From Candidatus Omnitrophota bacterium (GTDB taxonomy: Bacteria > Omnitrophota > Gorgyraeia > Gygaellales > Profunditerraquicolaceae): a stretch of DNA of 64,000 nucleotides. The stretch covers positions 4,554 to 68,553 of the forward strand of contig JAUSED010000008.1 in the NCBI GenBank assembly GCA_030650425.1, read 5' to 3'. The position numbers and the translations under genes are program-made. The notes beneath the pieces are model-generated. The model was not told the origin of the DNA, made no database searches, and saw nothing but the letters and a program-made list of their open reading frames with translations. Below are positions 26,696-36,227 of the stretch, piece after piece (positions within the stretch are counted from its first letter, which is position 1; every line of letters begins with the position of its first letter).

Positions 26696-29097
26696 AAATA
26701 AGGGACCGTTTCTATTTTTCCCTGGTAGGAGACATTTTCCTTTGCGTCAGAAAGGGACATTTTCCTTTTGAAGTTCTAGTTAGAGCCCTGACGGAAAGTG
26801 TCCCTTTCTGCAAAGGTTGGAAAGTGTCCCCTACTGCGCCTAGAAACGGTCCCATTTTTTTTCTATTCGTTATTACGTTGGTATTGCTGCCTCTCTTTAG
26901 CCTATCCGCCGATACTTCAGCAGGTAAGGAAGCGGAAACATTCTTTATGGCCCAAAAGGCCTTTGAGGATGGTTTTTATGACGCGAGCCTCGGTTTTCTG
27001 GAGCGTTTCCTGAAAAATTATCCGGATTCCGCTAAGGCCATAGAAGCGAATCTGCTGGTCGGTGAATGTTATTTCCATCAGCATAAGTTTACTGCCGCTT
27101 TAGCCAAGTTCGAAGAGCTTTTAAAAGATCCTCAATCCAAAAGTATTAGAGATGTCCTTTACTATTGGATGGCTGAAGTTAATTTCAAAGGTGATAATTT
27201 TACTCAGGCTTCTTTATATTACAAGAATATTATTCAGGAATTTCCTGTTTCTGCTTACGCCCCCGCGGCGTATTATTCTTTAGGCTGGTGTTTATTTCAG
27301 GAACATAGATTTAAGGACGCGATCGGTTATTTTCAGGCCTTGATTAAGAAGTACCCTCAAGAACCCCAAGCTAAAGATGCCGGTTTTAAAATTATCGAAT
27401 GCCTGTATAACCTAAAAGATTACGCCCAGCTAAAAGAAAGAATAAATTCAAACATCGATGTCTTTCCCAAAGATGCCTTGCGCGTGGCCTACCTTTATTT
27501 TTATTTAGGCGAAGCTGATTATTATCTGGGAGATTTTGACGGGGCGCTCGCTGCCTATGCTAAAGTTTTAACGAACAGCCCCGACGCTAAAATGCAGGCG
27601 CTGACTAAACTGGATTTAGGCTGGGCATACCTTAAATTAAAACGCTACCAAGAGGCCGAAGATGTTTTCTTAGGGATAAAACAGAGTAATTTGGAGAAGG
27701 GAAGCCGGGATATCCTGTTATTGGGCAGGGCTATTGCTTCAATGGAGACTAACCGGATACATCAGGCTAAAAAACTATATGAAGAATTGTCAGTTCAGGC
27801 CAGCGACCCCTTGATTTCAATCCAAGGTTTGATCGGCAGGGCGGATGCCCTTTATAATTTGGCTGACTACGCGGAAGCCTCTAAGGCTTACCAAGAGGCA
27901 TTGGCCAAAGTAAATCTAAAAGGAGCCTATCGTCAGATAATCGATAAATTATATTATAATTTAGGCTGGTCTTTGCTGAAACAAGGGTATATCCTTGAGG
28001 CTATTACAGCGTTTCAAAGGGTGATTGATTTAAGCAGCGACGCTACATTTAGAGCAGGCGCTCTTTGTCAGATAGGAGATGCCTATCAGGAGGGGGCGGA
28101 TTATAAAAAAGCCGAAGAGGCATATAAATTATTATTGAAGGAATACCCGGGTTCTCATTATAACGATTATACATTATATCAATTGGGTTCAGTCTGTTTA
28201 AAAGAAGCAAAAATCAATGAAGCAATTTTAAACCTGATCCTTTTAGAAAAGAAATTTTCTTCATCCAAATTTTTGGATGATGCCGCGTATACCCTTGGTT
28301 TAGCTTATTTCAATAAGCAGGATTATAATTTGGCGAAGGAGACCCTTAAAAAATTTCAGGACATATTTAAGAATAGCGATTTAAGGCCAAAGGCGCTTTA
28401 TCTTTTGGGAAATTGCCTCTATAGCTTGGGAGATTATCCTTCGGCTATACAGGTTTTCAAAGAAATCCCGAGGTTTACCGGTATTGAAGCTGAATTGGAA
28501 GAGAAAGCTGAGTACGGGGTGGCGGACGCGCTTTATCAGATGGGGCAGGAGGAAGAGGCGCTTGCGCGATTTAAGGCTTTACGCTCTAAATATCCCGGCT
28601 CAAGCCTTGCCCCGGATATCCTCTGGTGGTTGGGGAGCTATTATTATCAGCATAATGAAGTGGAGCTGGCGCAGAGGTATTTTTTGTCGCTTATACAGGA
28701 TTTCCCTAAGAGTAATTTATTAGCCGACGCTTATTACGGCTTAGGCCTTACCTTAATGGATGGGCCAAAGGCACAGGAGGCTCTGGATAATTTTAGAAAG
28801 GCGCTTGCTTTAAATAATCCCGAGATTAAGCCTAAGGCAGCGGTAGCGATGGCTGAAATCGAAGAGGCGAAGGGGAACATTGATCAGGCAGCTAAAGATT
28901 ATCTGGAAGCGATTAAACTATCCGGACAGGATAATAAACTTACCGCGACAGTTCTTTTAAGGTTAGGTAGAATCTATGAAGATAAGAATAATATTCAGGA
29001 AGCCTTAAAGGTTTATTCCAAGATATTAGATATGAATATAGCGGAGTCCAAATACGCCGAAGAGCGGATTGCCAGCCTTAAGCCCAGCGTTAAATAA
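26692..29097 (+). CDS. large tetratricopeptide-repeat protein, signal/anchor after residue ~55; start uncertain
   Basis: ATG 26692 overlaps uvrA stop; first ~54 codons run through composite repeat 26702-26853; hydrophobic IFFLFVITLVLLPLFSLSA then many TPR units. Confidence 0.6.
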   Translation: MKIRDRFYFSLVGDIFLCVRKGHFPFEVLVRALTESVPFCKGWKVSPTAPRNGPIFFLFVITLVLLPLFSLSADTSAGKEAETFFMAQKAFEDGFYDASLGFLERFLKNYPDSAKAIEANLLVGECYFHQHKFTAALAKFEELLKDPQSKSIRDVLYYWMAEVNFKGDNFTQASLYYKNIIQEFPVSAYAPAAYYSLGWCLFQEHRFKDAIGYFQALIKKYPQEPQAKDAGFKIIECLYNLKDYAQLKERINSNIDVFPKDALRVAYLYFYLGEADYYLGDFDGALAAYAKVLTNSPDAKMQALTKLDLGWAYLKLKRYQEAEDVFLGIKQSNLEKGSRDILLLGRAIASMETNRIHQAKKLYEELSVQASDPLISIQGLIGRADALYNLADYAEASKAYQEALAKVNLKGAYRQIIDKLYYNLGWSLLKQGYILEAITAFQRVIDLSSDATFRAGALCQIGDAYQEGADYKKAEEAYKLLLKEYPGSHYNDYTLYQLGSVCLKEAKINEAILNLILLEKKFSSSKFLDDAAYTLGLAYFNKQDYNLAKETLKKFQDIFKNSDLRPKALYLLGNCLYSLGDYPSAIQVFKEIPRFTGIEAELEEKAEYGVADALYQMGQEEEALARFKALRSKYPGSSLAPDILWWLGSYYYQHNEVELAQRYFLSLIQDFPKSNLLADAYYGLGLTLMDGPKAQEALDNFRKALALNNPEIKPKAAVAMAEIEEAKGNIDQAAKDYLEAIKLSGQDNKLTATVLLRLGRIYEDKNNIQEALKVYSKILDMNIAESKYAEERIASLKPSVK
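26702..26853. repeat. composite element with TIR GGGACCGTTTCTATTTTT ... (CT)AGAAACGGTCCC enclosing four GGGACAxTTTCC-type cores
   Basis: Immediately after the uvrA stop; overlaps the 5' part of the TPR-protein ORF. Confidence 0.75.
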
Positions 29098-29107
29098 AGG
29101 TAAATAA

Positions 29108-29126
29108 AAAGGTGACTGTCACCTTT
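29108..29126. repeat. palindrome AAAGGTGACTGTCACCTTT after the TPR gene
   Basis: Perfect 9-bp arms. Confidence 0.6.
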
Positions 29127-29142
29127 AACCCCTAGAAAATAG

Positions 29143-29170
29143 TTGACAGAAGTCATATTTATTATAAAAT
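29143..29170 (+). promoter_or_regulatory. sigma70-like promoter (TTGACA-16-TAAAAT) for the small-gene/pil operon
   Basis: 19 nt upstream of ATG 29189. Confidence 0.35.
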
Positions 29171-29188
29171 AAAATTCTGGAGGAGAAA

Positions 29189-29395
29189 ATGATTACAGAA
29201 ATAGGCATCGTTGCCGGAGAGATATGGCATTTTTTAGACCAGCATGGAGAGGTTAGCTTAGTTGAATTGGTTAAGGGTATAGATAAACCTCGGGATAATG
29301 TGCTGATGAGTTTGGGTTGGCTTGCCAGAGAAGGGCATGTACTTTTACAGCAGGCAGGGAATGACTACAAAGTATCTTTAAGAAAAGATGCCTAA
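29189..29395 (+). CDS. small winged-helix-like protein (68 aa), unknown function
   Basis: ATG 29189 with GGAGGAG RBS; sigma70-like promoter 29143-29170 upstream. Confidence 0.55.
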   Translation: MITEIGIVAGEIWHFLDQHGEVSLVELVKGIDKPRDNVLMSLGWLAREGHVLLQQAGNDYKVSLRKDA

Positions 29396-29795
29396 TTTTA
29401 AAACCAATGGAAAAGGCGTAGTTCTGCTTATTGTCCTAGGGGTGGTACTAGTGGTTACTTTTTTGGCCGCAGCTATATTGACGATTATGTCCAGCCATTC
29501 CCGTTTGACACACCATCAGGTCAGCCGGATTAAAGCTTATTATACCGGAAAAGGAATGATGAATTATGTCTTAGATAAAATGAGGACAGATTCTGTTTGG
29601 CAGCCGCACGCTACAGAGACTCACTATGCTTGTTATCGAGGTTGTATAGATGCCACTGCCACTGCCACTGTTGGTTTAGATATGCCTGTCGTTGATGCCG
29701 ATATCCTCTATAAGGTTCAAGTAACGATCTATCCCCTTAATGTGGATCCCAAGGGTAAAATAAATATAAAGACCGACTATACCTATACTCTGTAA
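29388..29795 (+). CDS. PilX-like minor pilin / pilus-associated membrane protein
   Basis: 135 aa; N-terminal GKGVVLLIVLGVVLVVTFLAAAIL resembles the PilX N-terminal domain; immediately upstream of the pil operon. Confidence 0.5.
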   Translation: MPNFKTNGKGVVLLIVLGVVLVVTFLAAAILTIMSSHSRLTHHQVSRIKAYYTGKGMMNYVLDKMRTDSVWQPHATETHYACYRGCIDATATATVGLDMPVVDADILYKVQVTIYPLNVDPKGKINIKTDYTYTL

Positions 29796-29801
29796 AAACT
29801 A

Positions 29802-29880
29802 GGGACCGTTTCTATTTTTCTAAAGTAGGGGAGGTTTAAACCTCCCCTACCGTCTTAAAAATAGAAACGGTCCCTTTTTT
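29802..29880. repeat. composite element: TIR GGGACCGTTTCTATTTTT / AAAAATAGAAACGGTCCC enclosing the 26-bp perfect palindrome GTAGGGGAGGTTTAAACCTCCCCTAC; followed by TTTTTT
   Basis: Hairpin plus T-run could act as an intrinsic terminator after the PilX-like gene. Confidence 0.75.
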
Positions 29881-29962
29881 GCTGATTAGCGGTAAGTCTA
29901 AGGAAGTCTATATAAGAAAACACTTGACAAACTAAGACTGTTATGTTTTAATTAAGTTCGTT

Positions 29963-30154
29963 ATGAATCGACTGATCGACATAGACGAATTAGCGGATTA
30001 TCTTAAGCTCAAAAAGCAGACCATCTATAACTGGTTGAGCCAAGGCAAGATCTCCGGGATTAAAGTTGGCGGTGTGTGGAGGTTTGACCGTAAGGATGTG
30101 GATAGCTGGCTGCAAAGCAGCAAACGTCTCTCCAGGACAGGAGCGAACCAATGA
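29963..30154 (+). CDS. small helix-turn-helix DNA-binding protein (excisionase/AlpA-like HTH_17)
   Basis: 63 aa; IDIDELADYLKLKKQTIYNWLSQGKISGIKVGGVWRF typical of excisionase-family HTH; overlaps pilM start. Confidence 0.6.
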   Translation: MNRLIDIDELADYLKLKKQTIYNWLSQGKISGIKVGGVWRFDRKDVDSWLQSSKRLSRTGANQ

Positions 30155-31701
30155 GTGATTTAGGCATATATTTTGGGCCCAAATCCATCGATGTATCAGA
30201 GGCCAAGGGAAGAAAGCTGGTCAATAATCTGCAGATTCCCGTCTTCGGAATTATCGGTAATGAATTGGATGAAAAAGTCCCTACCGAAATAAAATTAGTC
30301 GCTGCTTTTAATGACGCCTTTAGAAGGAATAAGATCCAAGCTAAAGAGGCGAACCTTTGCCTTTCCGGTAAAGATCTGATTATGAGGACGTTTGAGATCC
30401 CCTTACTTCCTAAAGAGGAGCTTCATGCTGCGATAAACTTTGAAGCCAAGAAGTACATACCTTTTAAGGTCGAGGAGCTTATTTCAGATTATCAGGTTGA
30501 GTTGGATAAGCTAAGCCGGACGAATATCGTCCTTTTTATGGGGATCAAAAAGGATACCTTCGATAAATATTTCTCGACTCTCAATCAGTTAAATATCAAG
30601 ATAAACTCAATAGAATATGCCGGGTTTAGCGCTTTAAGGATATTAAAACTGGCGCGGATCAATGAAAGCGGAGTTATAGGCATACTTTGTTTTGACTCAC
30701 GTGGCGAAGACGAGATAAATTTTACGGTTTTAGATAACGGTTTTCCGTTATTCAGCCGGGATATCAATTTAAGCAGCGTTCCTTCGGATTTAGACCAGGC
30801 TCAGGGAGAGTCTGGTCTTTCTCCGGATAAATTGAAGGCAGAGGTGCGTGTATCTTTGGATTATTATCACCGTAAATTCCCAGCCAAAGCCATAAAAAAT
30901 ATCTTTGTCGTTTCCAGCCCTGACTGGCGCCAGGAACTCGAGGTTTTTATCAATGATTTAGGCCTTCCCAACAAGTTTATCGATATCTCTAAAATAATCA
31001 ATAAGCCGATGGCTTTTTCTTCGGGTTTGGTGAAAAGCTATAGCGCGGCGATCTCCAAGGCCATTCCGATTAAGGTTAGGGTTAATTTAATCGAGAGTAA
31101 GGCCAGGGCGCTTAAGCCCGCGGCAGCCGCTGCCGGACTGGATTTAACCTCTTTATTAAAGAATATAAAATTAGACTTTCGCGTGATTACCGCGGGGGTT
31201 TTGCTTTGCGCCGCCACCTTTATCTATGGAATTTTTCAGCTAGCGCCTTTAAAACAGAATTTAGGTCAGGTGGTCAGCAAAAGGAGCAAGGTAGCTAAGA
31301 TCAGCCCTGACTCCAGCTATGCGTCGCTCAATATTGCCAGTTTAAAAGATAAAAAGACTTTGGATAATCTGGATAACCTGATTAAAAAACAATTATACGT
31401 TACCGAAGTATTGAATATTGTTCCTCCTTCTCTTCCGCGAGGGGTATGGCTGACTAAGTTTTCTTTGGCTAAAAGGGAAGAGGATAAAAAAGAGCTTACC
31501 TTGGCGGGTATGAGTTATTTGGGAGAGAGCAGCAATGAATTTCAGGCGATAAATAAGTTTTTTAATAATTTAAGGGATAACCCGGAATTTACCAAATATT
31601 TTAAGGATATAAGCATAGTTTCGATTGATCATACTCAATTTCTTCAGGCAACGGTAACCACATTTTCCATATCCTGCAAGACTTACCAAGAGGCTAAATA
31701 A
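30151..31701 (+). CDS. pilM: type IV pilus assembly protein PilM fused to PilN
   Basis: 516 aa; N-terminal actin-like PilM domain (~330 aa), then TM segment FRVITAGVLLCAATFIYGIF and a PilN-like periplasmic domain. Confidence 0.75.
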   Translation: MSDLGIYFGPKSIDVSEAKGRKLVNNLQIPVFGIIGNELDEKVPTEIKLVAAFNDAFRRNKIQAKEANLCLSGKDLIMRTFEIPLLPKEELHAAINFEAKKYIPFKVEELISDYQVELDKLSRTNIVLFMGIKKDTFDKYFSTLNQLNIKINSIEYAGFSALRILKLARINESGVIGILCFDSRGEDEINFTVLDNGFPLFSRDINLSSVPSDLDQAQGESGLSPDKLKAEVRVSLDYYHRKFPAKAIKNIFVVSSPDWRQELEVFINDLGLPNKFIDISKIINKPMAFSSGLVKSYSAAISKAIPIKVRVNLIESKARALKPAAAAAGLDLTSLLKNIKLDFRVITAGVLLCAATFIYGIFQLAPLKQNLGQVVSKRSKVAKISPDSSYASLNIASLKDKKTLDNLDNLIKKQLYVTEVLNIVPPSLPRGVWLTKFSLAKREEDKKELTLAGMSYLGESSNEFQAINKFFNNLRDNPEFTKYFKDISIVSIDHTQFLQATVTTFSISCKTYQEAK

Positions 31702-31702
31702 T

Positions 31703-32218
31703 ATGGCGCAGTCAGGGCAAACCGATAAATACAGGAATATGCTGATCAACGCGGCGATCATTACGGTAACCTTGATTATCGCCTACAATCTATATCAGGC
31801 CAGCCTTTCCCAGGCCCAATCTTTAAAGGCTAAGATCAGCGAAGAAGAAAAGAAGAATATTGAACTGGAAAAGATGGGTAAGCTGGAAAAAAGGATCGCT
31901 GCGTATCGATCGCTGCTGGTTGTAAGAGAGACGAGCGCGGTGATGAGCGATATTAGCGATATTGCTAAAGAAACCAAGGTAAAGGTTTTATCGGTTAAGC
32001 CGTCCCAAAAGGAATCAGCAGCCGACTATGCTAAGGCAATTTTTGAGGTTACTCTTAATGCCGGCGGATATGATCAATTGGCTAAATTCATTAACGCGAT
32101 AGAAGCTTATGAAAATGTCTATATGGTCGAAGGTATGGATATCAGCAGCCAGCCCGGGCTTGATCAGTCCGGATTGACGGTTAATTTGCGGATTAGCTCT
32201 GTCTCGGCGAATCAATGA
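31703..32218 (+). CDS. pilO: type IV pilus assembly protein PilO
   Basis: 171 aa; single TM then coiled-coil, position after PilMN. Confidence 0.65.
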   Translation: MAQSGQTDKYRNMLINAAIITVTLIIAYNLYQASLSQAQSLKAKISEEEKKNIELEKMGKLEKRIAAYRSLLVVRETSAVMSDISDIAKETKVKVLSVKPSQKESAADYAKAIFEVTLNAGGYDQLAKFINAIEAYENVYMVEGMDISSQPGLDQSGLTVNLRISSVSANQ

Positions 32219-32724
32219 TAAAAATGCGCAAAATTTCCAGATTAATAATTTTTTGCTTAGGGTTATTCATTACGGCTTCGTTTTACCCGGAAGCATTTGC
32301 CGAGGTGGATTGGAACCTTAAGGCGCCGAAGGAGCTGGAGGAAGAAGAGATCATTAAAAAGGCGGCTCCGTTAGAAAACGCCCGGAAGAAGGATGAGACC
32401 ATCCGTCCCAAAATAGAATATAACAGCCAAGGCTTAAGAGACCCTTTTCGGCCTTTAATTACGGAGAAAAAAACCGAGAGCGCCGCGGTGAGCCGGGAGC
32501 CGGAAATAAAACCGCTCCCTGTTTTAACGGTGCAGGGTTTAATTTGGGGAGGTATTTTCCCTCAGGCGATCATCAATAATAAAGTGGTAAAAGTAGGAGA
32601 CGCGATAGGAGAGGTCAAGATAACCGAAATAAGTAAAGAAGGCGTAACTGTGCTCTTCGCTAATATGGAGCATAAATTGTCTTCTCCGGCTGTGACGGGT
32701 CCACAGCAAAAAGGGAAGAAATAA
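32215..32724 (+). CDS. pilP: PilP-like pilus assembly lipoprotein
   Basis: 169 aa; signal peptide, RDPFRP motif and C-terminal beta domain (VKVGDAIGEVKITEI). Confidence 0.55.
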   Translation: MIKMRKISRLIIFCLGLFITASFYPEAFAEVDWNLKAPKELEEEEIIKKAAPLENARKKDETIRPKIEYNSQGLRDPFRPLITEKKTESAAVSREPEIKPLPVLTVQGLIWGGIFPQAIINNKVVKVGDAIGEVKITEISKEGVTVLFANMEHKLSSPAVTGPQQKGKK

Positions 32725-32783
32725 TACCCCGCGCTTATAAGGAATTGCGCGGGTATGCCCTTATGGGCAAAAGGGAGGAAATT

Positions 32784-34361
32784 ATGAAAACTTATTTTAG
32801 AGCATTTGTCTTCATCTTTGTTTTAGCTAATCTTACTTTGATTCCCAAACTCAGCGCCTCTGAATACTCGCCCATATCGGAGGATAATGAAACGTCTATT
32901 TCTATGGATTTGCAGGATGCATCCTTAAAGGATGTATTGAAGATTTTATCTATCCAATCGGGCTTAAATTTTGTTGCTTCAGAGGCAGTCCAGGATAGAA
33001 AGCTAACTCTCTATATGGATAAAGTGCCTTTAAAAGAGGCGATGGATAAGATATTCAAGGCTAATAATCTGTCTTATGATTTGGATAAAGAGGCGAACAT
33101 TTTTATTGTCAATGATTGGGGGAAACCAACCACCCAGACAGTGACTAAGGTTTTTTACCTAAAGCATGCCACAGTTTCTTCCTCTTCGTTAAAAGAAGAG
33201 ATGAAGAATAATATAAGCGCTACCAGCAGTTCAGACTCTTCTTCAGAATCTTCCAGCAGCTCTTCCGGTTCATCTTCAAGCAGTAGTTCAGAAGGCGGTA
33301 AATGGAAGGCGGAAGAGGAGGCGGGGATTACTTCCGCGGTCAAAAAGCTTTTATCCAAGGATGGCTCGGTAATTGAAGATTTCCGCACCAACAGCCTGAT
33401 TGTTACGGATATACCCAGCAGGATGGAAGTTGTCAGCCAAGTAATCACTTCTTTAGATATCTCTGTTCCGCAGGTATTGTTGGAAGTGGAGATGCTGGAT
33501 GTGAGTAAAAATGTAGTTGATCAAATAGGTTTTAAATTCGGCCAAACGCCCTTTAGTGTGGCTTTAAGCGGCGCCGCGATCAGCACGGAATATCCTTTTA
33601 GCCCGGCGATGTATGCTTTTAGAAGTGTTGCCAAAACCCTTACCGCCGGATCAATCAACGTGAGCAATGGGACGAACGGCACCAGTGTTTATAATATGCA
33701 GTTAGATTTCTTAAGGACGCAGACCGATACCAAGTTTCTTGCCCGGCCCAAGATACTCACTTTAAATAACGAAACAGCCGAGGTTAAGATTACTACTGAT
33801 GAAGCTGTGGGAGTAACCAGCGTTCAGCAAGGGCAAGGGGATGCTTCTTCAACTACCGGTTCAGCGGAAAGATTTGCTACCGGGGTTACCTTAAGAGTAA
33901 CTCCTCAGATTGATTTAGAGGCCGGAGAGATTACCATGTTTGTTTATCCGCAGGTGGCTGAAGCTTCCACTACTACCGTTACTTTTACCAGTAACGGTGA
34001 AGATTTTACTTTTCATAATCCGGAAATCCGCAGCACGAAGACTACAGTGTGTGTAAAAGACGGAGAGACGGTGGTGCTCGGAGGCTTAATCCGTAACCAG
34101 AAGAGCACGATTATCACCAAACTTCCTATATTAGGAGATATACCCATACTCGGCGCGTTATTTAGGCATAAAAATCAAAGTCCCGATAATCAACGCGAAC
34201 TGTTAGTTTTTATCACTCCGCATATCGTGAAAAGTGCTAAAGCAGATACAACTCCGCTTAAAAAAACAGTTCTTCCGTTAAGAGAGCAAGCCCAAGCCAT
34301 TCCGCTCTCCCGGCAGCAAAGTATGAGCACCTATCTGAATAATTTTGAGGCTAAGCGTTAA
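32784..34361 (+). CDS. pilQ: type IV pilus secretin PilQ
   Basis: ATG 32784 after GGGAGG; signal peptide, N-domains, poly-Ser linker, C-terminal secretin domain (VVLGGLI...LPILGDIPILGALF...FITPHIV). Confidence 0.85.
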   Translation: MKTYFRAFVFIFVLANLTLIPKLSASEYSPISEDNETSISMDLQDASLKDVLKILSIQSGLNFVASEAVQDRKLTLYMDKVPLKEAMDKIFKANNLSYDLDKEANIFIVNDWGKPTTQTVTKVFYLKHATVSSSSLKEEMKNNISATSSSDSSSESSSSSSGSSSSSSSEGGKWKAEEEAGITSAVKKLLSKDGSVIEDFRTNSLIVTDIPSRMEVVSQVITSLDISVPQVLLEVEMLDVSKNVVDQIGFKFGQTPFSVALSGAAISTEYPFSPAMYAFRSVAKTLTAGSINVSNGTNGTSVYNMQLDFLRTQTDTKFLARPKILTLNNETAEVKITTDEAVGVTSVQQGQGDASSTTGSAERFATGVTLRVTPQIDLEAGEITMFVYPQVAEASTTTVTFTSNGEDFTFHNPEIRSTKTTVCVKDGETVVLGGLIRNQKSTIITKLPILGDIPILGALFRHKNQSPDNQRELLVFITPHIVKSAKADTTPLKKTVLPLREQAQAIPLSRQQSMSTYLNNFEAKR

Positions 34362-34369
34362 ATGTTCAA

Positions 34370-34424
34370 GAGAAGGTGACAGTCACGTATTTCGTGACTG
34401 TCACCTTCTCTTGCTCGCAATGAC
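34370..34424. repeat. perfect 18-bp-stem hairpin GAGAAGGTGACAGTCACG-TATTT-CGTGACTGTCACCTTCTC plus TGCTCGCAATGAC half-site, after pilQ
   Basis: pilQ/pilB intergenic. Confidence 0.7.
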
Positions 34425-34456
34425 AATATAAAAAGGTTTTCGAGTTTAAATACTCT

Positions 34457-36190
34457 ATGTTGAATAAAGGAAAATATTTAAGGTTAGGGGAGCTTTTGAT
34501 TAAAGAAGGCCTGCTCAGCGAAGTGCAACTGGAAAAAGCCATAGCCGCCCAGCGCCAGCAAGGCGGAAGGCTGGGCGAGGTTTTGGTTAAGCTAGGCATG
34601 GTCAAAGAGGATCAGATGGTCGCGGTCTTAGGCAAACAGCTGAATGTCCCGTATTTTTCTCTGGGCACAGGGATGCTTAAACCGGCAATGGATCAGGGCC
34701 TTGAGCGGCTTATTCCGCAGGATTTCGCGATGAAAAATTCCGTCCTTCCTTTGTCGCGCACTTTACGTTCCCTGACCGTAGCGATGGCTGATCCTCTGGA
34801 TTTAATCTTGGTTGATAATTTAGGCAGGTTGACCAATTGCGAAATCAATCCGGTGATTGCCACCAAATCCGATATTGTTAAGGCTGTTGAGGGTTTTTAC
34901 GGCAAGTCCGCGATGTTACAGCAGGCGGTAGAAGACTCTTATGATGTTTCGGCCGCGGAGCTGGCTTCCGCGGGTACAATGTCGGATGAGGGGACGGAAC
35001 AGGAATTAAGCTTAGATAAATTAGTTGCCCGGGCAGAAGAAGCCCCGGTGGTAAAATTAGTCGATTTGATCATCCGGCAGGCAATTGATGAGCGCGCCTC
35101 AGACATCCATATCGAACCGTTTAAGGATAAAATATCCCTAAGGTACCGTATCGATGGTAAATTATATGAAATACCCCCTCCGGCAAAGCATCTGCATATG
35201 CCGATTATTTCGCGCATCAAGATTCTTTCCAAGCTGGATATTGCCGAGAAACGGCTTCCTCAGGACGGCGCGTTGTTAGTGAAGATCGGAGAGAGGCCCA
35301 TTGATATCCGCGTTTCGGTTATTCCTACAATCTATGGCGAGAAGATAGTAATGCGGCTGCTTGACCGGAGCCAGATCTCTCTGGATTTAAATAAATTAGG
35401 CGGTGATCCCAAACAGCTGGAATTGATTCGTAAATGTATCGCTACTCCTTACGGCCTGATTTTCCTGACCGGGCCGACCGGCAGCGGAAAAACTACTACC
35501 TTATATGCCATCTTAAACGAAATAAAAAGCCCCACTAAAAATATTGTCACGATTGAAGATCCGGTGGAATACAAATTAGATGGGATTAATCAGGTACAGG
35601 TTAAGCCTGAAATCGGCCTGACCTTTTCCGCGGCCTTACGTAGTTTCTTAAGGCAGGATCCGGATATCATGCTCGTCGGGGAAGTGCGGGATTTGGAAAC
35701 TGCCCAGATCTGCGTGCGTTCCGCGCTTACGGGACATTTGGTTTTAAGCACCCTGCATACTAATGACGCTCCTACAGCCGTAAGCAGGCTGATGGATATC
35801 GGTATTGAGCCTTATATGCTCTCTTCTTCTTTGATCGCGATCATCGGCCAGCGCCTGGTGAGGAGGCTCTGTTTGGATTGCCGGGAGGCCTATGAGCCGA
35901 AGCAGGATGAACTTAAGAATATAAAGTTAAAAGCGGAATTAATTTATAAAGCTAAAGGATGCGCTAGTTGCAATAATACTGGTTATAAAGGCAGGATTTC
36001 TATTTCCGAAGTTTTGGTAGTGAACGAAGAGATCAAGAGTTTGATTACTCAGCGGGCGCCATTCCAGAAGATCAGGGATGTGGCCAAGGCCGGCGGTATG
36101 CAAACCTTATTTGACTCCGCGCTAAAAAAAGTTGAGGAAGGCGCGACTTCTTTGGAAGACGCGCTTTCCATTACCATAGGAGCGGAATAA
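34457..36190 (+). CDS. pilB: type IV pilus assembly ATPase PilB (GspE family)
   Basis: 577 aa; T2SSE N-terminal domain, Walker A GPTGSGKTTT, Asp box, His box and tetracysteine motif. Confidence 0.88.
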   Translation: MLNKGKYLRLGELLIKEGLLSEVQLEKAIAAQRQQGGRLGEVLVKLGMVKEDQMVAVLGKQLNVPYFSLGTGMLKPAMDQGLERLIPQDFAMKNSVLPLSRTLRSLTVAMADPLDLILVDNLGRLTNCEINPVIATKSDIVKAVEGFYGKSAMLQQAVEDSYDVSAAELASAGTMSDEGTEQELSLDKLVARAEEAPVVKLVDLIIRQAIDERASDIHIEPFKDKISLRYRIDGKLYEIPPPAKHLHMPIISRIKILSKLDIAEKRLPQDGALLVKIGERPIDIRVSVIPTIYGEKIVMRLLDRSQISLDLNKLGGDPKQLELIRKCIATPYGLIFLTGPTGSGKTTTLYAILNEIKSPTKNIVTIEDPVEYKLDGINQVQVKPEIGLTFSAALRSFLRQDPDIMLVGEVRDLETAQICVRSALTGHLVLSTLHTNDAPTAVSRLMDIGIEPYMLSSSLIAIIGQRLVRRLCLDCREAYEPKQDELKNIKLKAELIYKAKGCASCNNTGYKGRISISEVLVVNEEIKSLITQRAPFQKIRDVAKAGGMQTLFDSALKKVEEGATSLEDALSITIGAE

Positions 36191-36227
36191 TTATCGTACA
36201 CCTCGTAGGTGAAATAGGAGCAGGATA

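Noticed and set aside
26574-27013. Small + strand ORFs 26574-26771 and 26798-27013 near the uvrA end
   Set aside because: They are translations of the composite repeat element 26702-26853 in alternative frames; no RBS or conservation signal
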